A stretch of 64,000 nt of DNA from Guillardia theta CCMP2712. Taxonomy: Eukaryota; Protista; Cryptophyta. The stretch covers positions 1,119,537 through 1,183,536 of the forward strand of contig NW_005434666.1 of NCBI RefSeq assembly GCF_000315625.1, written 5' to 3'. Each line of letters starts with the position of its first letter. Positions within the stretch are counted from its first letter, which is position 1. A program made the translations under genes and the position numbers. Of this stretch, positions 26,073 through 40,110 are shown piece after piece. Under the pieces are notes generated by a model. The model was not told the DNA's origin, ran no database searches, and saw only the letters and a list, made by a program, of their open reading frames with translations.

Positions 26073-27079
26073 TGTTGTTTTCCTTTTAGTCTGATCAAGG
26101 CTTTGCAGTACCTCGGTCACGTCCAGATGTCGCGCTCATCATCATCATCAATGAACATCATCATCATCATCCGATTGTTTTGGATCTTGTCAACCGAATC
26201 ATTTTGTTTTTTTTGGAGCTGATCAATTCGCTGCCGGCCACTACCGTAGTACCGTACTCGGCGGCGCCGGCCGGGCCCGGCGCCGCGGCCCCCCGGCCTG
26301 GCGCGCTCGGCGGGCCACTGGCAGGGCCGGGCCGCACTGACCGGTGTATTGCCATGGCGTACTACGGTAACTTCTTCCCGGAACTCGGAATGTTGAGGCA
26401 CTGCACTGCCGCGAAGTTGACTGATCGGATGGCAGAGCACTGCGGCAAGCCTCACCTCAGGTCATGTCAAGCAGTCGATATGATACGATGAAGGCACGAC
26501 TGAGACCACCGTACCTCTCGCCTCAGCAGGTCAGGTTGCAGAGACAAAAGGGAAAGGAGAATGAGGTGAAGGGTCTCTGTGAGACTGCAATCTCTTGTCA
26601 CCTCTGCTATAGATACTTCATCACTGTGTACTTCGTGTGAGGAGAGAGTTCCACTGGACTCCGGGACTCGGACTGAAGTCTCGATATTCAACCGTGCTGA
26701 GTCCGAGTTGGAAGTTGCAACCGTTACAATTATTTTGCCTCGAACGCAACGGTCTTTCTCCTTCAAACGACACTGGATCGCCGTAGGTTGTAGACTACTA
26801 TTATATTGCCAATAATAAATTAGTTCATAAAAATTATTTTAATTTCATATTTTCTTCATAGTTTTCAAAACATCATATGTATATTGAAATATGAAAATTT
26901 TTTTCAGGAGAGTTTCAATTTTAAAAATACATAAGCCTTTACAACTACCCTACCCGAGTCCTCCCCAACGATTTCTGAGTACCCCTGTTTCTGTGAATGA
27001 AATTCCATCTTTCCATAGGGTACTTCGGCTTACCGCTACCCCTCGGCGCCTACTACCCTCTTGCCCTCTCTCTAGGGGA

Positions 27080-29342
27080 ATGGCGGCTTCCGTCAGCGCT
27101 TGTGGCGCTGCCTCCCCATACACACGTGGTTACGTTCGTCAGCTGATGCTGTTGCTATGCGCTTCTCTTCTCTCTTTAGCTTCATGCTCAGCCTCTCTTT
27201 CGTTGCCATCCTTCAAGCCCATGAAACTGAGAAAGGATCCGGAGGAGTTGCACATCAAAGCTGGGAACATGGTGTTCAAGTCCACACGAGTTGACGTCCA
27301 ACGACTGAGAGGAGGGGGAGCAGCACAGGGAGCTCTCCCAAAGTACCCTTCGAATAGAGCGCTCAAGCAAGATGAGGTGACGATCTAGCTGCTGTTATCA
27401 ATCGCATTCTGATTTGCATTATAGTATGCGCCCCCATTTGGTACCTTGCTGAGGAGCAGGAGCGGCGCTTTCTTTTCGCCTACCCCTACACCGGAATGGT
27501 TTGAGAATGGCATTGTCTATCAGATCTATCCCCTTGGCTCTCCAGGAGAGGATGGCAAGGGCGGAGGATTCTTTGGCGAGGTGAAATAATTCGAAAATGA
27601 AGTGGGATGGAGTGAACGTGTGTAGGTCCCGGCAGAAAACGATCTCACGTCTCCACCGAAGAAGCGAGTAAGAAGATTGTTATGATACCTTTGAGCTGTT
27701 ATTGTTGACCAGCGTTCCCTCCGCAGCTTCTAGAGCTCCGACAGTGGTATGATCACCTCGAAACCTTGGGCGTCACTGCGATTTACTTCTCCCCGATTTT
27801 CGAGTCTGAAACTCACGGGTACGACACTGTCGACTACTATCAGATTGACAGAAGAGTTGGCGATATCGAAACATTCCGTACGATTGTCAAAGAGCTGCAG
27901 AAACGTGGTATCAAGGTGATCCTGGATGGAGTTTTCAACCACACCGGCAGGAAGTTCTTTGCGTTTAAAGATCTCTTGAAGCATGGTGCAGATTGGATGA
28001 AAAGTCCTTACAAAGAGTGGTACTTTATTTCCGAAGGAAACAGCACTTACGGTGATCCTTTCTCGTACCGTTCTTGGGAGGGGCACGAGGAGCTTCCTGA
28101 GCTCAACGTGGAAAACTCAGAGGTGAAGTCATCTGCTTAATATGCAACTTTGTTGAAACATTTGTTCTGTTCTTGTTTGTGTTGCGTAGGTTCGAGATTA
28201 CCTCTTTGAAGTCGGAAAGTTTTGGCTCGGTGAGGTTGGGATTGATGGATGGCGACTAGATGTCGCTCATGAACTTCCTCCTTCATTCTGGAGAGATTTC
28301 CGTTCCGCTTGCACTGAAGCTAACCCTGAGCACGTTCTATTGGGTGAAGTAATACACGGTGATTACAACACATGGGTGGGCCCTGCCAAGGGTCTGCTGC
28401 ACTCGGGGACGAACTACCAGCTTTCCAAGGCGCTTTGGTCGTCGCTGAAGGATCACAACTTCTGGGAAATTGATTCCGCCTTCAGCCGAGATAGGATGCT
28501 GTACCGCGAGATGTCTCTGGTGAACTTTCTGTCAAATCACGACGTTGCTCGGGTTGCCACACAATTGGAGAACGAGCCTCAGTTGCTTCCTCTCGCTTAT
28601 TTCCTTCTCATGACCGTCAGAGGCATCCCCTGCATCTACTATGGCGACGAATGTGGTGTAAAAGGCAGGAAGGAGGATGGTGCGAGCTAATTCTGTGCAG
28701 TCGATCCCCTCACTCCTCCTTTGCAGGAGATGCAGCATTGCGTATGGCGATGGTGAAGCCTGATGATGAATGGCCAGCTGGAGGTCGAGAACTCTTCAAT
28801 GGCATCGCCCATCTGGTGCAGTTTCGTAACAAGGTCAGACACTAGCTTGTTGCATATGGCACTTGACGATAGACATGCAGCATGAGGCGTTGAAGACCGG
28901 ATCGCTCCAAACTCTCTTTCACTCCAACAATGAGGTAGATCGTGACTTGTGAGATTGACGTTGAAGTCGTGGCAGCTCTTGTTCGCAAGGATTTCCGACA
29001 CAACGGGAGAGGCAAGCCACATGCTTCTCATTGACTTGCTGCTTACACAACTGCCAGGTCCTCTTAGTCGCAGTGAACTCTTCTCCCGAGCATGTTCATC
29101 CTGAGGTTTCTCTCGGCGTACTCAGCAAACCTCCTGGAACTCCCATCAAGGTGAAATCACATGCAGTGTGAGGATGGAGGCAGGCTTTAATTTCGTTTCA
29201 GTGTCTCTGGGGCGATGGGGCAGATGCTGGAGCCATCAACGAAGAGTACAAGGCTCGAATCCACATCCCACCCTACACTGGGCGCGTGTTTACTTTGACT
29301 CCTGAGCCAATGCCGGCTGAGACCCAGACAACAGAAACCTGA
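27080..29342 (+). CDS. GH13 alpha-amylase family (neopullulanase/cyclomaltodextrinase-like) with N-terminal targeting presequence
   Basis: SPIFESETHGYDTVDYY, VILDGVFNHTG, GIDGWRLDVAHE, LGEVIHGD, NFLSNHDVAR, GIPCIYYGDE; hydrophobic leader LMLLLCASLLSLASCSA. Confidence 0.9.
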
Positions 29343-29607
29343 TGATTAAGTGTGGAATTATTAATGAATCCAAGGGGTAGCGCAGTCGGCATTCCGTTTT
29401 AGCGCATTAGATCCGCAGGTTTCAGTTTGAGTTGTTGATGACAGCAAAAGTAGTGGATGTCAAATATGCATGAGATTCCAGTCCCTCTCTCTCCATCTCA
29501 TAAATTACCCTCAGAGGGAGCATGCATATATTCCCACGTTCTTACCAATTTTGTGAACAAAATATTCACTTCTCGACAATATTTCAACAAAGTAGAAGGT
29601 GCCGTCT

Positions 29608-31420
29608 TCATGACTTCCTAAAACAAGCTCTCCTCGCCGCAGACACAATGTTGTCAGCCTGCCAAAAAGATACATTTTTTACACTGCGAGCCATATCGAA
29701 ATATCTACCTGGGGGATCGCAGCATCTTCAAGATTCTTTGCGTATGGCATGGGGACATCAGCACCAGCCACTCTCTCCTACATTCATCCAAAGTCTATGA
29801 GCCGGACTCAAGGTTCAGTCAGAGCGTTACCATGGGCGCATCTAGGTAGTCGAAGGCATAAGATTCCATGATAGATGCTGCAATCTCAGATCCAACCCCA
29901 TACATGTGCCATCCCTGGTTGCATTCCTATGAGTTTGCATAAACATTCAAACGAGATTTCTTACATCTTCGACAGTCACCAGCCTGTTTGTCTTCACAAC
30001 CGAATCCGCGATGGTCTTTACGTCAAGGGGCCTGATGCTGATCAAAACATTACCGGATGGGCAGTTGGAAGTTAATCCCAGACCTTCTCAGATTGATCAC
30101 TTCGGCACTGATGCCCTCTTGAGCGAGTTTCTCTGCCGCCTCAAGAGCCATTTGAACCATCCGAGAGAACGCGACAATGGTCACATCCTTGCCTTGCCTC
30201 ATAATCTTTGCCTTTCCAATAGGAATCACAAAGTCTGGACTTTGCGCCTGCAGATTGCGAAATCAAATGCATGCTGTTGACATCGTTCAAGTCACCTCAT
30301 CAGAAAGCTGAAATGTACTGCCATACAGCAACTCATTCTCTAGAACTACAACCTGAAGAAACCAGCTTCAGCAACAATTATTGCTCTAACGAGCATGTCA
30401 CCGGGTTCGGGTCACGGATTGCAGCCTTCAGGAGCCCACGTGCATCCTCACTATCAAAGGGAGAGACCACCTGTTATTTTAAATGAGATGTTCTTTTCAC
30501 CGCTGCTTACATTCGTCACCTTCAAACCAGGACAATGTCCGTACCATGACGCAAAGCACTGAGAATGCTGAGCGGCCACACCGGCAGCTGGTCCATTTGG
30601 CCCACGGAAAACAATAGGGCAAGGAATATCTCCAGCAGACATGTAGTTAATCTTGGCTGCACTATTGATGATGTGATCGATTGCTTGCATTGAAAAGTTG
30701 AAGGTCATGAACTCGACAATGGGTTTGAGACCTCCCATGCTTGCGCCAACACCCATGCCAGTGAAACCTGATGGCATCTTGATCAGGAACCATTTAACAC
30801 GAAGATAAGTATCACCAATTTCTGTAATGGGTGTGTCAATCACTCTCTCAGGACCGTACTTCTGAATCAAGCCACGAGTGACCTTGTAAGCTCTGCATGC
30901 AATTTTCACTAGTCCAAAGCACACCTCCAGCTCTCACCCTTGGTAGTCACCGACTTCTTCGCCCATCACAAAAACAGTAGGATCTCTAGCCATCTCCTCG
31001 TCCTGAAATCATTCAAAGAGAATGTGAGAAAAAACCTCTGTAATTGATTTTTTTCTCACACAAAAGAGTGACACAAGCATTCATTGATTAGCAACATCAT
31101 TATAAGAGCATTATGATCAACACAGCGAAGTATAATATGAAAATTGAAAATCATAGAAGTATGAATGTTTTTCATTTTTATCGTTATCGAACACCATTCT
31201 TGTACAGGAAGAAAGGCTATCCTTCTCACTTTCGGAATCAAAACCCTCAACCCCCCTCCATTTGATCAAGCACCAACAGGCACTAGGGAGCGGAACTTAC
31301 CATAGCCGAGTTGAGGGCATCTCTGACTGTCATGTCCTTGGCTGCCATCACTCGGCTGGTCGTGTGGAACGTCCGCACGCATCGTTGTGGATGCAGCAGG
31401 CGCCTCAGCATCGCCTGCAT
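29608..31420 (-). CDS. PDHB: Mitochondrial pyruvate dehydrogenase E1 beta subunit (multi-exon)
   Basis: Presequence MQAMLRRLL; [11 protein letters not shown]; [10 protein letters not shown]; [25 protein letters not shown]; [18 protein letters not shown]; [17 protein letters not shown]. Confidence 0.95.
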
Positions 31421-32319
31421 AGCGCCCGCGGGTATTGAAATCTGTAGAAAGGTGGGTCTGTTCTCCAGTAGCGGAATGTAGGTAGGGTCTTCAAGATTTG
31501 ATGGGGTGCTTGAGGGTGGTGAAGGCACGGTCCTAGCTACTGATAGGACTTCATGCTGTACCACGCTATATCAAATTTCCAATGTCAGTCTGGGTGTAGG
31601 GCAATCCTTTTATCAGAATACTTTTGGGGGTAGGGGTACTTTTTGAACCGGTACACAAGAGTGAAATTTCTCAAATAGAGGGTGGGGGTAGGGGCTTGAG
31701 ACGCAGAGGAGTTCGCCTTCCCAACATACAGGGCTGCAAGGGGTTGAGTAGTCGAAAACTCAACTAGGTTTCCCTGAATTTTAATAAATAAAGATAAATA
31801 ATTGAATAATATTGTTACATTTGGACGATTTCTTGAACTGTTCTAATTCCTTTCCCCATGTCCCCATCACAAGACGCATGGACAAGAGCCCCCCACCCCC
31901 CACCCACCTTAAACTGCTCTACCCCCAGAATCCCTTCAAAATACCCCGGTTCAAAACGTATATTTCAATGCAAGCCACTTCTATTTCAAGTACCCCTACC
32001 CACACAAACGAAGAATAAACACCAGACCACCACGCTACCCCCACGCTGCCCAAATCAACAGCCTGACAACTTAAAATCCATTCGGGGACCCTTTCTAGTG
32101 GGTCCGGTGAACTACTGAACCCAACCAAACTAAAACTCAAACCTAAACCCGGGCCCAGCCTAACTAAGCCGCACTGACTGAGGGGCCGTCGAAGTCCGAA
32201 CAGGGCCGGCCGCCGAGGACAAACTTTTAACTTCTCAAACCTTGTACTATTTTTATAATGAATCACTTGAAGTATCCAGGCCTCCAAAACGAGTCTTCAC
32301 AAGAACTCCAGCATTGTTC

Positions 32320-34765
32320 GCAGATCGATACTGTGAGAGTTGTCATACCTGCCATGCTCCACATCAACGACGAACCATGAAATCTATTGCGTTCTCACTG
32401 GTCTGGGGAAAAAATGCCAACAATTTCATTGAAGCAGAGCGACGATCTCCGATCGAAAGGATGGCTGGAAGAAAAGAATTAAGAGAGCTTAAACTTATTG
32501 AAGGATACCTGTTGTCTTCTGGTGAAGCAATGAACCGCGGGAGGACGAAAACGAGGTCTTCCTGATGATGAGCAGCAAGAATGTCTCGGATGGTGCTTGG
32601 GTTTTCATTCTTCATGGAACAACATCAGTTGGTTCAACCGCATTGTCATGGAGTTCACCCGGGTCAAGTAGTACAGAACGAAAGAATAATTGTGCGCCCT
32701 CACTTTGCGCAGATCGTTGTCGGGATCATTCGAGAGCATCTGTTGACGAAATTGAGTTCGTAACCAAATACCGTGCAAATTCGACTTGTCTCATGGCGTA
32801 AAAAATCACTTGAAATCGTCTCATGATCGATTTGTCCGAACACATCGTGCAAATCTGCGATGTCAACTCCATTTTTTTGTCAAACTGGCATGTAAAAATC
32901 AGAGAGCATCTCCGACGCTCACAGTACTTTACAGGTTGTCCTTGCACAATGCTCTCTGTCTTCAGCTCTATCAAAATATTGCAAACTTCAAACATGATGG
33001 CGACTATGGTGTGAACGACCTGCCGAAATACATGAGTATAATCAACAACCGTATAATAAAAAACAGAGTATAATCAACAGTCATATCGGACCTCTAACAG
33101 AAGTGTATCATCCCTTCTCTCATTCATTTCTTCAATTGTTACAAACGACATCCACAACGTTTGTATCAGCTGGCTGAGGGGGCTGGATCTGAGTAAAAGA
33201 GAGCGATCAGCACACAGAAGACATCAGGAAAACTAGATACTTGGATGCGCAAAAAGTCTCTGCGTCGCGCTTCAACTCTTTTGAGGAGAAGAGTGGCCAA
33301 CACTGAGAGGCAGTCATGGGAAAGAACCCCCCAAACATTCATGTGTACCGAAAACAATGTCTTGTGTATGGCCTCAAGCAAAACCATCAGATATTGCAAA
33401 CATCCTGTCCGCCCAGCATTCTTGATTTCCTGATACAGAACCAAAAAATCAATTTCTCATCAAAAGAGGTCATCGCATCATACAGGGTGCAACTGCCACT
33501 TAGTTGTCGTCAACCGTTGCAGTTCATTCACCATCCAATCAAGTAGAGAAGATTTGTTGAACAAGACCAATCGTTTCAGAGTAAAATTAAACCTCACCGC
33601 ATGAGCCAGTTCATCCAGAAGATCTACTTTTTCTTGTAAGCCTTTTGCTGCATGTATTTCATTTTGCAATTCCAAGTAGAGTGCTCGCACTTTTTCGTTA
33701 CTCAAATGTGTATCTTTTCCTGACTTCCAGCCGTAAAGTTCACAAGACAATGAGCCTATCCACCATTGGTGCAGATTCTCAAACAATTTCGTATCCTTCT
33801 CATATATATAGAAAAATTCTTGTTTTTCAATGGGTTGAATCACCGAAGATTGATCTTCAGTGATCGATTTTCTGTTCCTACCAAGGAATCGAGTTATTGA
33901 TCTTACTGGTGATATTCTGCTCTTTTGTTGTGCTTCTGCATTCATGTCTTCAATGTACTTTATCGTGACTTTCGCTGTGCGCCTGGTGGTTTCTTCATCT
34001 GCAAAGTGAAACTTGTCATTCCTGTTGATGGTGAGAGATTTGATGTGACAGATAGATATTTTGATGATACGCCTTTGATCCACAACTCCAAAAGGTACCA
34101 AACAGAACTCCACCCCAGCTATAACTCCCCATTTGCATGCGCCTGAATGAACAACAGACTCGAAATGTTGAGGCGGAAGTGAAGACGGAGGAAAAATTTG
34201 TTCAAAACACCTTTTTGCCTGTGCGTCTGATGCAAACGAAGATTTAGCATTCTTTTGTTCCTCCTTGAGCATAAGCTCGAATTCTTCTAGACACGATTCT
34301 CTGGATTTCAGCTGCTGTGGATGAGTATTAAACCTCCGACCACATCTTTGATTCTCTTGAAACTAAGAGAAACGCAAAGAATCCTGCAACATGCAATTAG
34401 TTTTGATATAACTACCAACAACCTGACATTGAGACATTCGCATCAAGTCACAATCTTGTTCTGTTCCCCTAAACCCTCATCGGGCCCTTTTTCGCAAGAA
34501 ATAGAGAGCCAGGCGAGCTTGTTAACGTTCTCACCCTTAGATTTTGAAAAAAAATGCTCTACAAATCTCTTTGTGTGCAAGTTTGACTTCCTTTTTCAAT
34601 GTTTCTCGGTTCACTATCGTCACTAATCCACACGCCTGGTCTAACTCTCTTCTTTCCTTCTTTCCTTCTCTGTCTGGTTCGAGTTATTGTCCCCTCCTCA
34701 CTTTCTATACTTTTCATCATTTCTTCGTAATTGTCCTTCTGTCTTGCAATTCTGCCTCTCATTCA
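32320..34765 (-). CDS. Hypothetical protein, possibly DUF4551/C12orf56-like (multi-exon, approximate)
   Basis: 264-aa exon with LYLELQNEI..LLDELAHAVRFNFTLKRLVLFNKSSLLDWMVNEL, recalling the C12orf56 block; similarity from memory only. Confidence 0.45.
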
Positions 34766-35177
34766 TCTGTCTGCCAACGCTGGTCTCCCCTTGTTCCTTC
34801 ATTGGATAATGACCGGTAAGGAGGCGAACCACCCACTTTACCCCTACCCCCATTATTACCTTCGACCTCATTCTGTTCTCACAAGTCTACCCCCCATAGC
34901 TCCATCTATATCCCACCATCTTGACCCACCCTCTCTGGACATACCCATCTACCTATACATCTACCTGGTCACATTGCTTTTCTAGAGGACCACTCCTCTC
35001 ATCTCGAGAAGGTCCCTAGTACCCCTACCTTTGGCCTAAGTCAACAGTAGTACCCCACCCGTCCGAAAAGGTAAACCTCCGAGATTAGATCACCACTCAA
35101 GGAAAAGTTCACAACTTGTCAGTGCAGTGCCGGGGGCGGCCGGAACTTGCAGCGGGCCCTGTGATACGACCGGACTA

Positions 35178-38090
35178 ATGATGTCGACATGGCGTGGGCG
35201 CACCGCCTGGTTGAGGGTAGAAGATCCGCCTGGACCGGTGAGAATGCGAATTATCAGAGATGGCTTAGATGTTCCTTGCGCTCCATCAACCAAGAATGAT
35301 ACAGAGATCAGGCAGGCTCAACTAGATTGCACGCATTTTGAAGAGCTCCTTGTTCATGAGATAGGCGGAGAGAGTGTTTATGATTGGACAGATGATGCGT
35401 TTCAGTCTGCGTTCAGACACGGACCTAGCGAGATCGAAACAAATCAAGACATAGAAGCTGACCATGAAGCCACTTCTCGCTCAGACCAGATGATTACGCT
35501 TGTGGTGTCTGAAGTAGAAGATTTCTCGTTCGAACAGCATCCCAAGCATCTCAAGGGGCTGCGCAAGCTATCGATGCCGTTCCAGACCCTGCAAACATGC
35601 TGCAACTTTGAGAGGAAACTAGGTGTCTTCAGAATCTCGGCTATTGATGATAATGCTTCCCGCTGTCATAACCAACTCGTCTTCCAAGCAAATGAAAACA
35701 CTTTGAAAGATATGAATTTGTTGCAAGTACAGAATCTGTTTGCTCAGTGCAAAGACGAAATTGAGTTGAAGTTGAAACTTCCCGCCGTCAAAGGATTGAT
35801 TGATTTGTTCGTAAACAGAATTTCATTGATGGCCAAGCGAATGCCGGAACCTCATCGAGTCACTCACTCAAATATCAAGATGGGTCATACTCTGGAGTCT
35901 TCAACACTGGAAGTGGAGGCGAAGACGGGTCAGACACAGTCAGAAGAGATAGTTCCACACTATCATGTTGATTCCAGCTCAAGTATGGCACAAACCGGGG
36001 GGATTTCAAGCAGCACTGATGGTGGGGGAATACTTGTTAAGCAACAGGACAATTCCTGTCAAACGTTTGACATTCATTTAAGAGAAGATGAAGAATCACT
36101 TCAGATAGTAACCTCTTGCCAGACAGATGGTTTGCTTGTAATCGAAGATATAGAACAGTCGGTGCGAGATATTCTCCTTGCTTCAATCTGACCTGACCTT
36201 GGTTTAGTCTGCTGGTCACCGTGCAGGGTTGAAAGTGGGCTATATCATAGAAGAAGGTGATAGAAACATCGAATGAATTACCTTGATTTGTCGCTTACAG
36301 TCAATGACCACCCCATCAGAACTTCTACTCCAGATGAGATTTTGAAACTGTTGAGAGAGCTTTCTTCGAAAAGGAATTTCAGCATCACGATAAGTCAGCC
36401 AAAAGATTTCGTGGTGCTCAAAGATTCCGAATCTTTTCTGACTCAGGGATCTTTGCTTCTGCAGAGACAATCATTACACGAGAATGTGTGGCAGGAGAGC
36501 CAAATAGTTTTGAAAGAAAAAGTTCTTTACTATTATAAGAATCGATTTCACTTTGAAATAGAGAAGGAGAGACAACAGTTTTCGTTAGAAGGGTGTCGTG
36601 TTGTGGCTATTGAAGATGAAGTTTTCCCTTCTGCCGTTGGCTTGAAGCAAGATGAGGAAGATCAAGATATCAAGTATTCAATGCTGGAGGTGCTGGCGGC
36701 GGTCAAACAAGAAAATCCCTCGGTTGTTCACACTGTGGAGGGGAAGGAATGGAACAGATACGCTTTCAAAGTTATAAATCTGTTAAGTGGAGAGCATCTC
36801 GTACTAGCTGCTCACTCTCAGGCTGAACGTGAGTTTTGGATCAAAGAATTATCAAAACGGGCGATTGTCACTTCGACAGAGGAATTGGGAACCCCATCCA
36901 ATCACGACCAGGAAGTGGCCCACCTTGTGATTAAAGACCATGGAACAACACAGGTCATTGGTGGTATAGACGCAGATGACGAAAGACATCACATCCTTGA
37001 AAGAATCAAAGTCCTCAAATTGAGTGTTCTTCCCCGTCACCAAAAGATTCTCCAAGGAATTGAAGAGCAAGTTAGAAATCGCTTCGACCTTAACGCTACC
37101 ATGGAGATTGGGCTGACTCCTGTTGGTGGCTGTTGCTATTTCAATGATGCTCGTCTGCTAGGCATGTTGCTGGACATGTCTGCGGATTTGAACGTTAAAG
37201 ATATTGTATGCTTGCATGAAAGTTTCCTACCTGCTGACTGTTCTTGGCAGAATGGGATGGCTCCTCTCAGTATTGCCTGCGAGGAGGGGGAAAGCGAATG
37301 CGTGGAGTTGCTCTTAGAGAGAAGGGCCGATATCAAGGGGAACTCGGAGGTAAGAGGCGTTGAAGTTGTTCCTGCTCGATTGATGCGGAACCAGGGATTG
37401 AAAACTCCAATCTTTCGAGCAGTGCAAGGAGGAAACGTTCAATGCGTACAAGCTATCTTGAAGAATGGAGGGAATCCGAACGAACCAGGAGGAGGAGTAA
37501 CTCCGTTCTTCCTTGCCATGGAGCAGGGATCGCATGATTGTTTGCAGCTCCTGATTGAGTATAAGGCAGACGTGAACAGCAAGCGGAGCTGGGATGGTGC
37601 AGATGCTCTCGAAGCCTCAGTCGAGACTACTTTGCAACGAGTTGTTCGTATGCGCGTTGCTTCCATGGGAACCACGAGCGATTCGGTATGGTTGAAGGCA
37701 AGCAGGGCTCTTTTTGACAAGACGACAGTGCAAGATCGACCAAGTGGTGCACAGATTCGACCGATGCTTGTCCATGCTCATGGCCAATGTAGATTACCAA
37801 GTCACTGCGAAGGTATCACTTTGGCTACATCTTCATCTTGTTTATATCATCCCATCAATAGACCAAACGAACCATTCAGAGCTACAAGGAGAAATCAAAC
37901 AGTCGGTAAGTGACGAATTGTCTCTTTCATGCAAACATATGACGATTTGACGATTTTCCTCCTCTAGGGAAGATTTTGAGGCGATCGGAGAGTCGAAGAA
38001 TCAACCTAGGAAGATTGACGGGAAACAAAGGAGCCAGAAAATCTCCATTTTTTAGGCTCGACAAAGTTGAGAAAATTAGACTCTTCATGA
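35178..38090 (+). CDS. PDZ + PH + ankyrin-repeat protein (multi-exon)
   Basis: PDZ-like GLKVGYII..VNDHPIRTSTPDEILKLLR; PH QGSLLL..WQESQIVLKEKVLYYYK..LVLAAHSQAEREFWIKEL; ankyrin GMAPLSIACEEG, GVTPFFLAMEQG. Confidence 0.75.
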
Positions 38091-38129
38091 GTTCTTCGTC
38101 TTCTCCGCATTGCAGGAAATCTGCTTCAA

Positions 38130-40015
38130 ATCACAATCAGAAACAAAAAGCCGCTGGAAGCAGAATTTTTCCAATGACTTACAGGCGTGTCATGTGCACG
38201 TGCAAGAGTTTTTCGCATCTCGAGAGCGTCACAGTCATCGTAGTAGAAAGGGATTCGACGATGTATTTCGTAACTGCACTTACTTGTCACAGCTTGTGCT
38301 CGATAATATCATCTCCTTACCCCAAATGTTCATAAAAACCGATGGCATTTTTGTTTGTCTCCTTAACAAAAAGATCGACATACTTCGCTTCTTTCACTTT
38401 TGCAAACTCCATCTCCATCTGCCGGATAGCTTTAGAAGCTTCTCGGTGAATATCTCATTTCAAACCTGAGCCATCAATCTGCTGCCAAGATTCCTGCCAA
38501 ATTGTAAGCATAAAGTGACAAATATCAGCGGCTATGGTCGACCTTCCTCGGAACTCTGCTTTAATCGTGACGGCAGAGATGTGCCCAAAAACTCCTTCCA
38601 TACCCCGATCAAGCTTAGCCAGCGTGTACCTACAAGAAGGTGTTGGAAACAGCAAAATGTATGGACAGTCGCTCACCCGCAAAGCTTTCCTTTGAGTTCC
38701 GCAACTATGCACAAATGCGGCCAGTGCTGCATGTAGTTGATGTAGTAGTTACGAGGAAAGTTTGCTGTCCACTTGCAAGCCTTTCGAGAAAGTTGTGAGA
38801 TCGACAAGACAAGGAGAAGGAAGCAGAGAGGGTGAAGGAAAAAAGTACCGAGATTATCGGCTGCATCTTATCAATATCTTGAGACTTCATCAATCTCATA
38901 AACATCCCATGATTTGGGAGTGCCCCATTAGTGACTGTCTGTGTCTATTCGTGTCACTCCTCAAACATATCCCGAGGAAAACGAGAAAACCTTGAGCTCT
39001 ACCACGTTCCACTCTTGAGACTAAAGACACAATGTCACATTGATACCTTCCCTTTGCTTATCACCTTAGGAATCCACAAATAGCCAACAGGAGACAAATT
39101 CTGACTTTTAAAGTTAGCTTTTTCATTTGTCGTGGATTCCTGTGCAGACGATTGGCATCCTTGCTTCTCATATCGATGACTGGGAGGATGATTGTGAACC
39201 TTTTGCTGCGATGAACTCATTCTATCTTGTTTGTTCGTCTTGTGCTCTTGTTGAATCTCAAGGTCTCCACCTCCCCGAACCTTTGCACATGAACCTACTG
39301 GTGCTTGGGGCCCAGGCAAGAAAGGAAGATCCGATTCCGACACTCCCTCTACCATCAGGATGCAAGGATGAGAAGGTAACGAAGAAGGAAAGCGAGTAAA
39401 GAAAAGAAACATCAAACCTGCTGCCACCCAACGGGGTCGAAGGTGAGATATCTCGGGCTTGAAGAGGGATACGCTTCCAATTTTCTTGATTTGTGTGAAG
39501 TCTGCTTGGATGACCTTTCCTAAATTGTCACGAATTTGAAGTCCCCACGCTAAATCATCACCTCCGGCTTTAAACTGTCAAAATTGTCCTCTTCCGTCAC
39601 TATTTCTTGACAATTCTTCCTCTCTATGACACACTTTCTTCCTTTTCGTTGACTTCTTTGACCTCTGATGTTCTGCAATGAATTAGAGAATATGTTGATT
39701 ACACTGTTGATACCAACCACGAACGTGTCAATATCCGCAAAGGCTGTCACCAAAAGGATGAAACGATAAGAAATATTTCAGAATCTATTATGCAGCAACG
39801 TACCCCTGGCAAGATTGAAAAGAAAGAGGATGATCAACAGGGCACTAATGCCTTGCATCGTACATTTCAAGTTTGCATCTTTTGGGTTGTTGGTAAGAGA
39901 AAAAGGATTGAGATGATGTTTCGTTACGATGTGTTTGAGTTCGATGTAGAGGAATCAAATCTTGAACATGTACCGCTGCCAAACATGTCAAACATGAGCA
40001 CAGTCCTCCATGTTC
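38130..40015 (-). CDS. GNAT acetyltransferase, NAA10/NAA20-like C-terminal domain (multi-exon, start uncertain)
   Basis: Exons encode GVFGHISAVTIKAEFRGR, YVDLFVKETNKNAIGFYEHLG and YEIHRRIPFYYDDCDALEMRK. Confidence 0.65.
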
Positions 40016-40073
40016 TAGCCTTCTCCCTGCGCAATGCGTGCTCAGGGCCCACGGCCAAGCCCGCGCCAATACG

Positions 40074-40110
40074 TTAGGGTTTAGGGTTTAGAAGGCGCCG
40101 TTTAGGGTTT
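40074..40110 (+). repeat. Short interstitial telomeric repeat (TTTAGGG) at the start of the TE cluster
   Basis: TTAGGGTTTAGGGTTTAG-aaggcgccg-TTTAGGGTTT. Confidence 0.85.
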
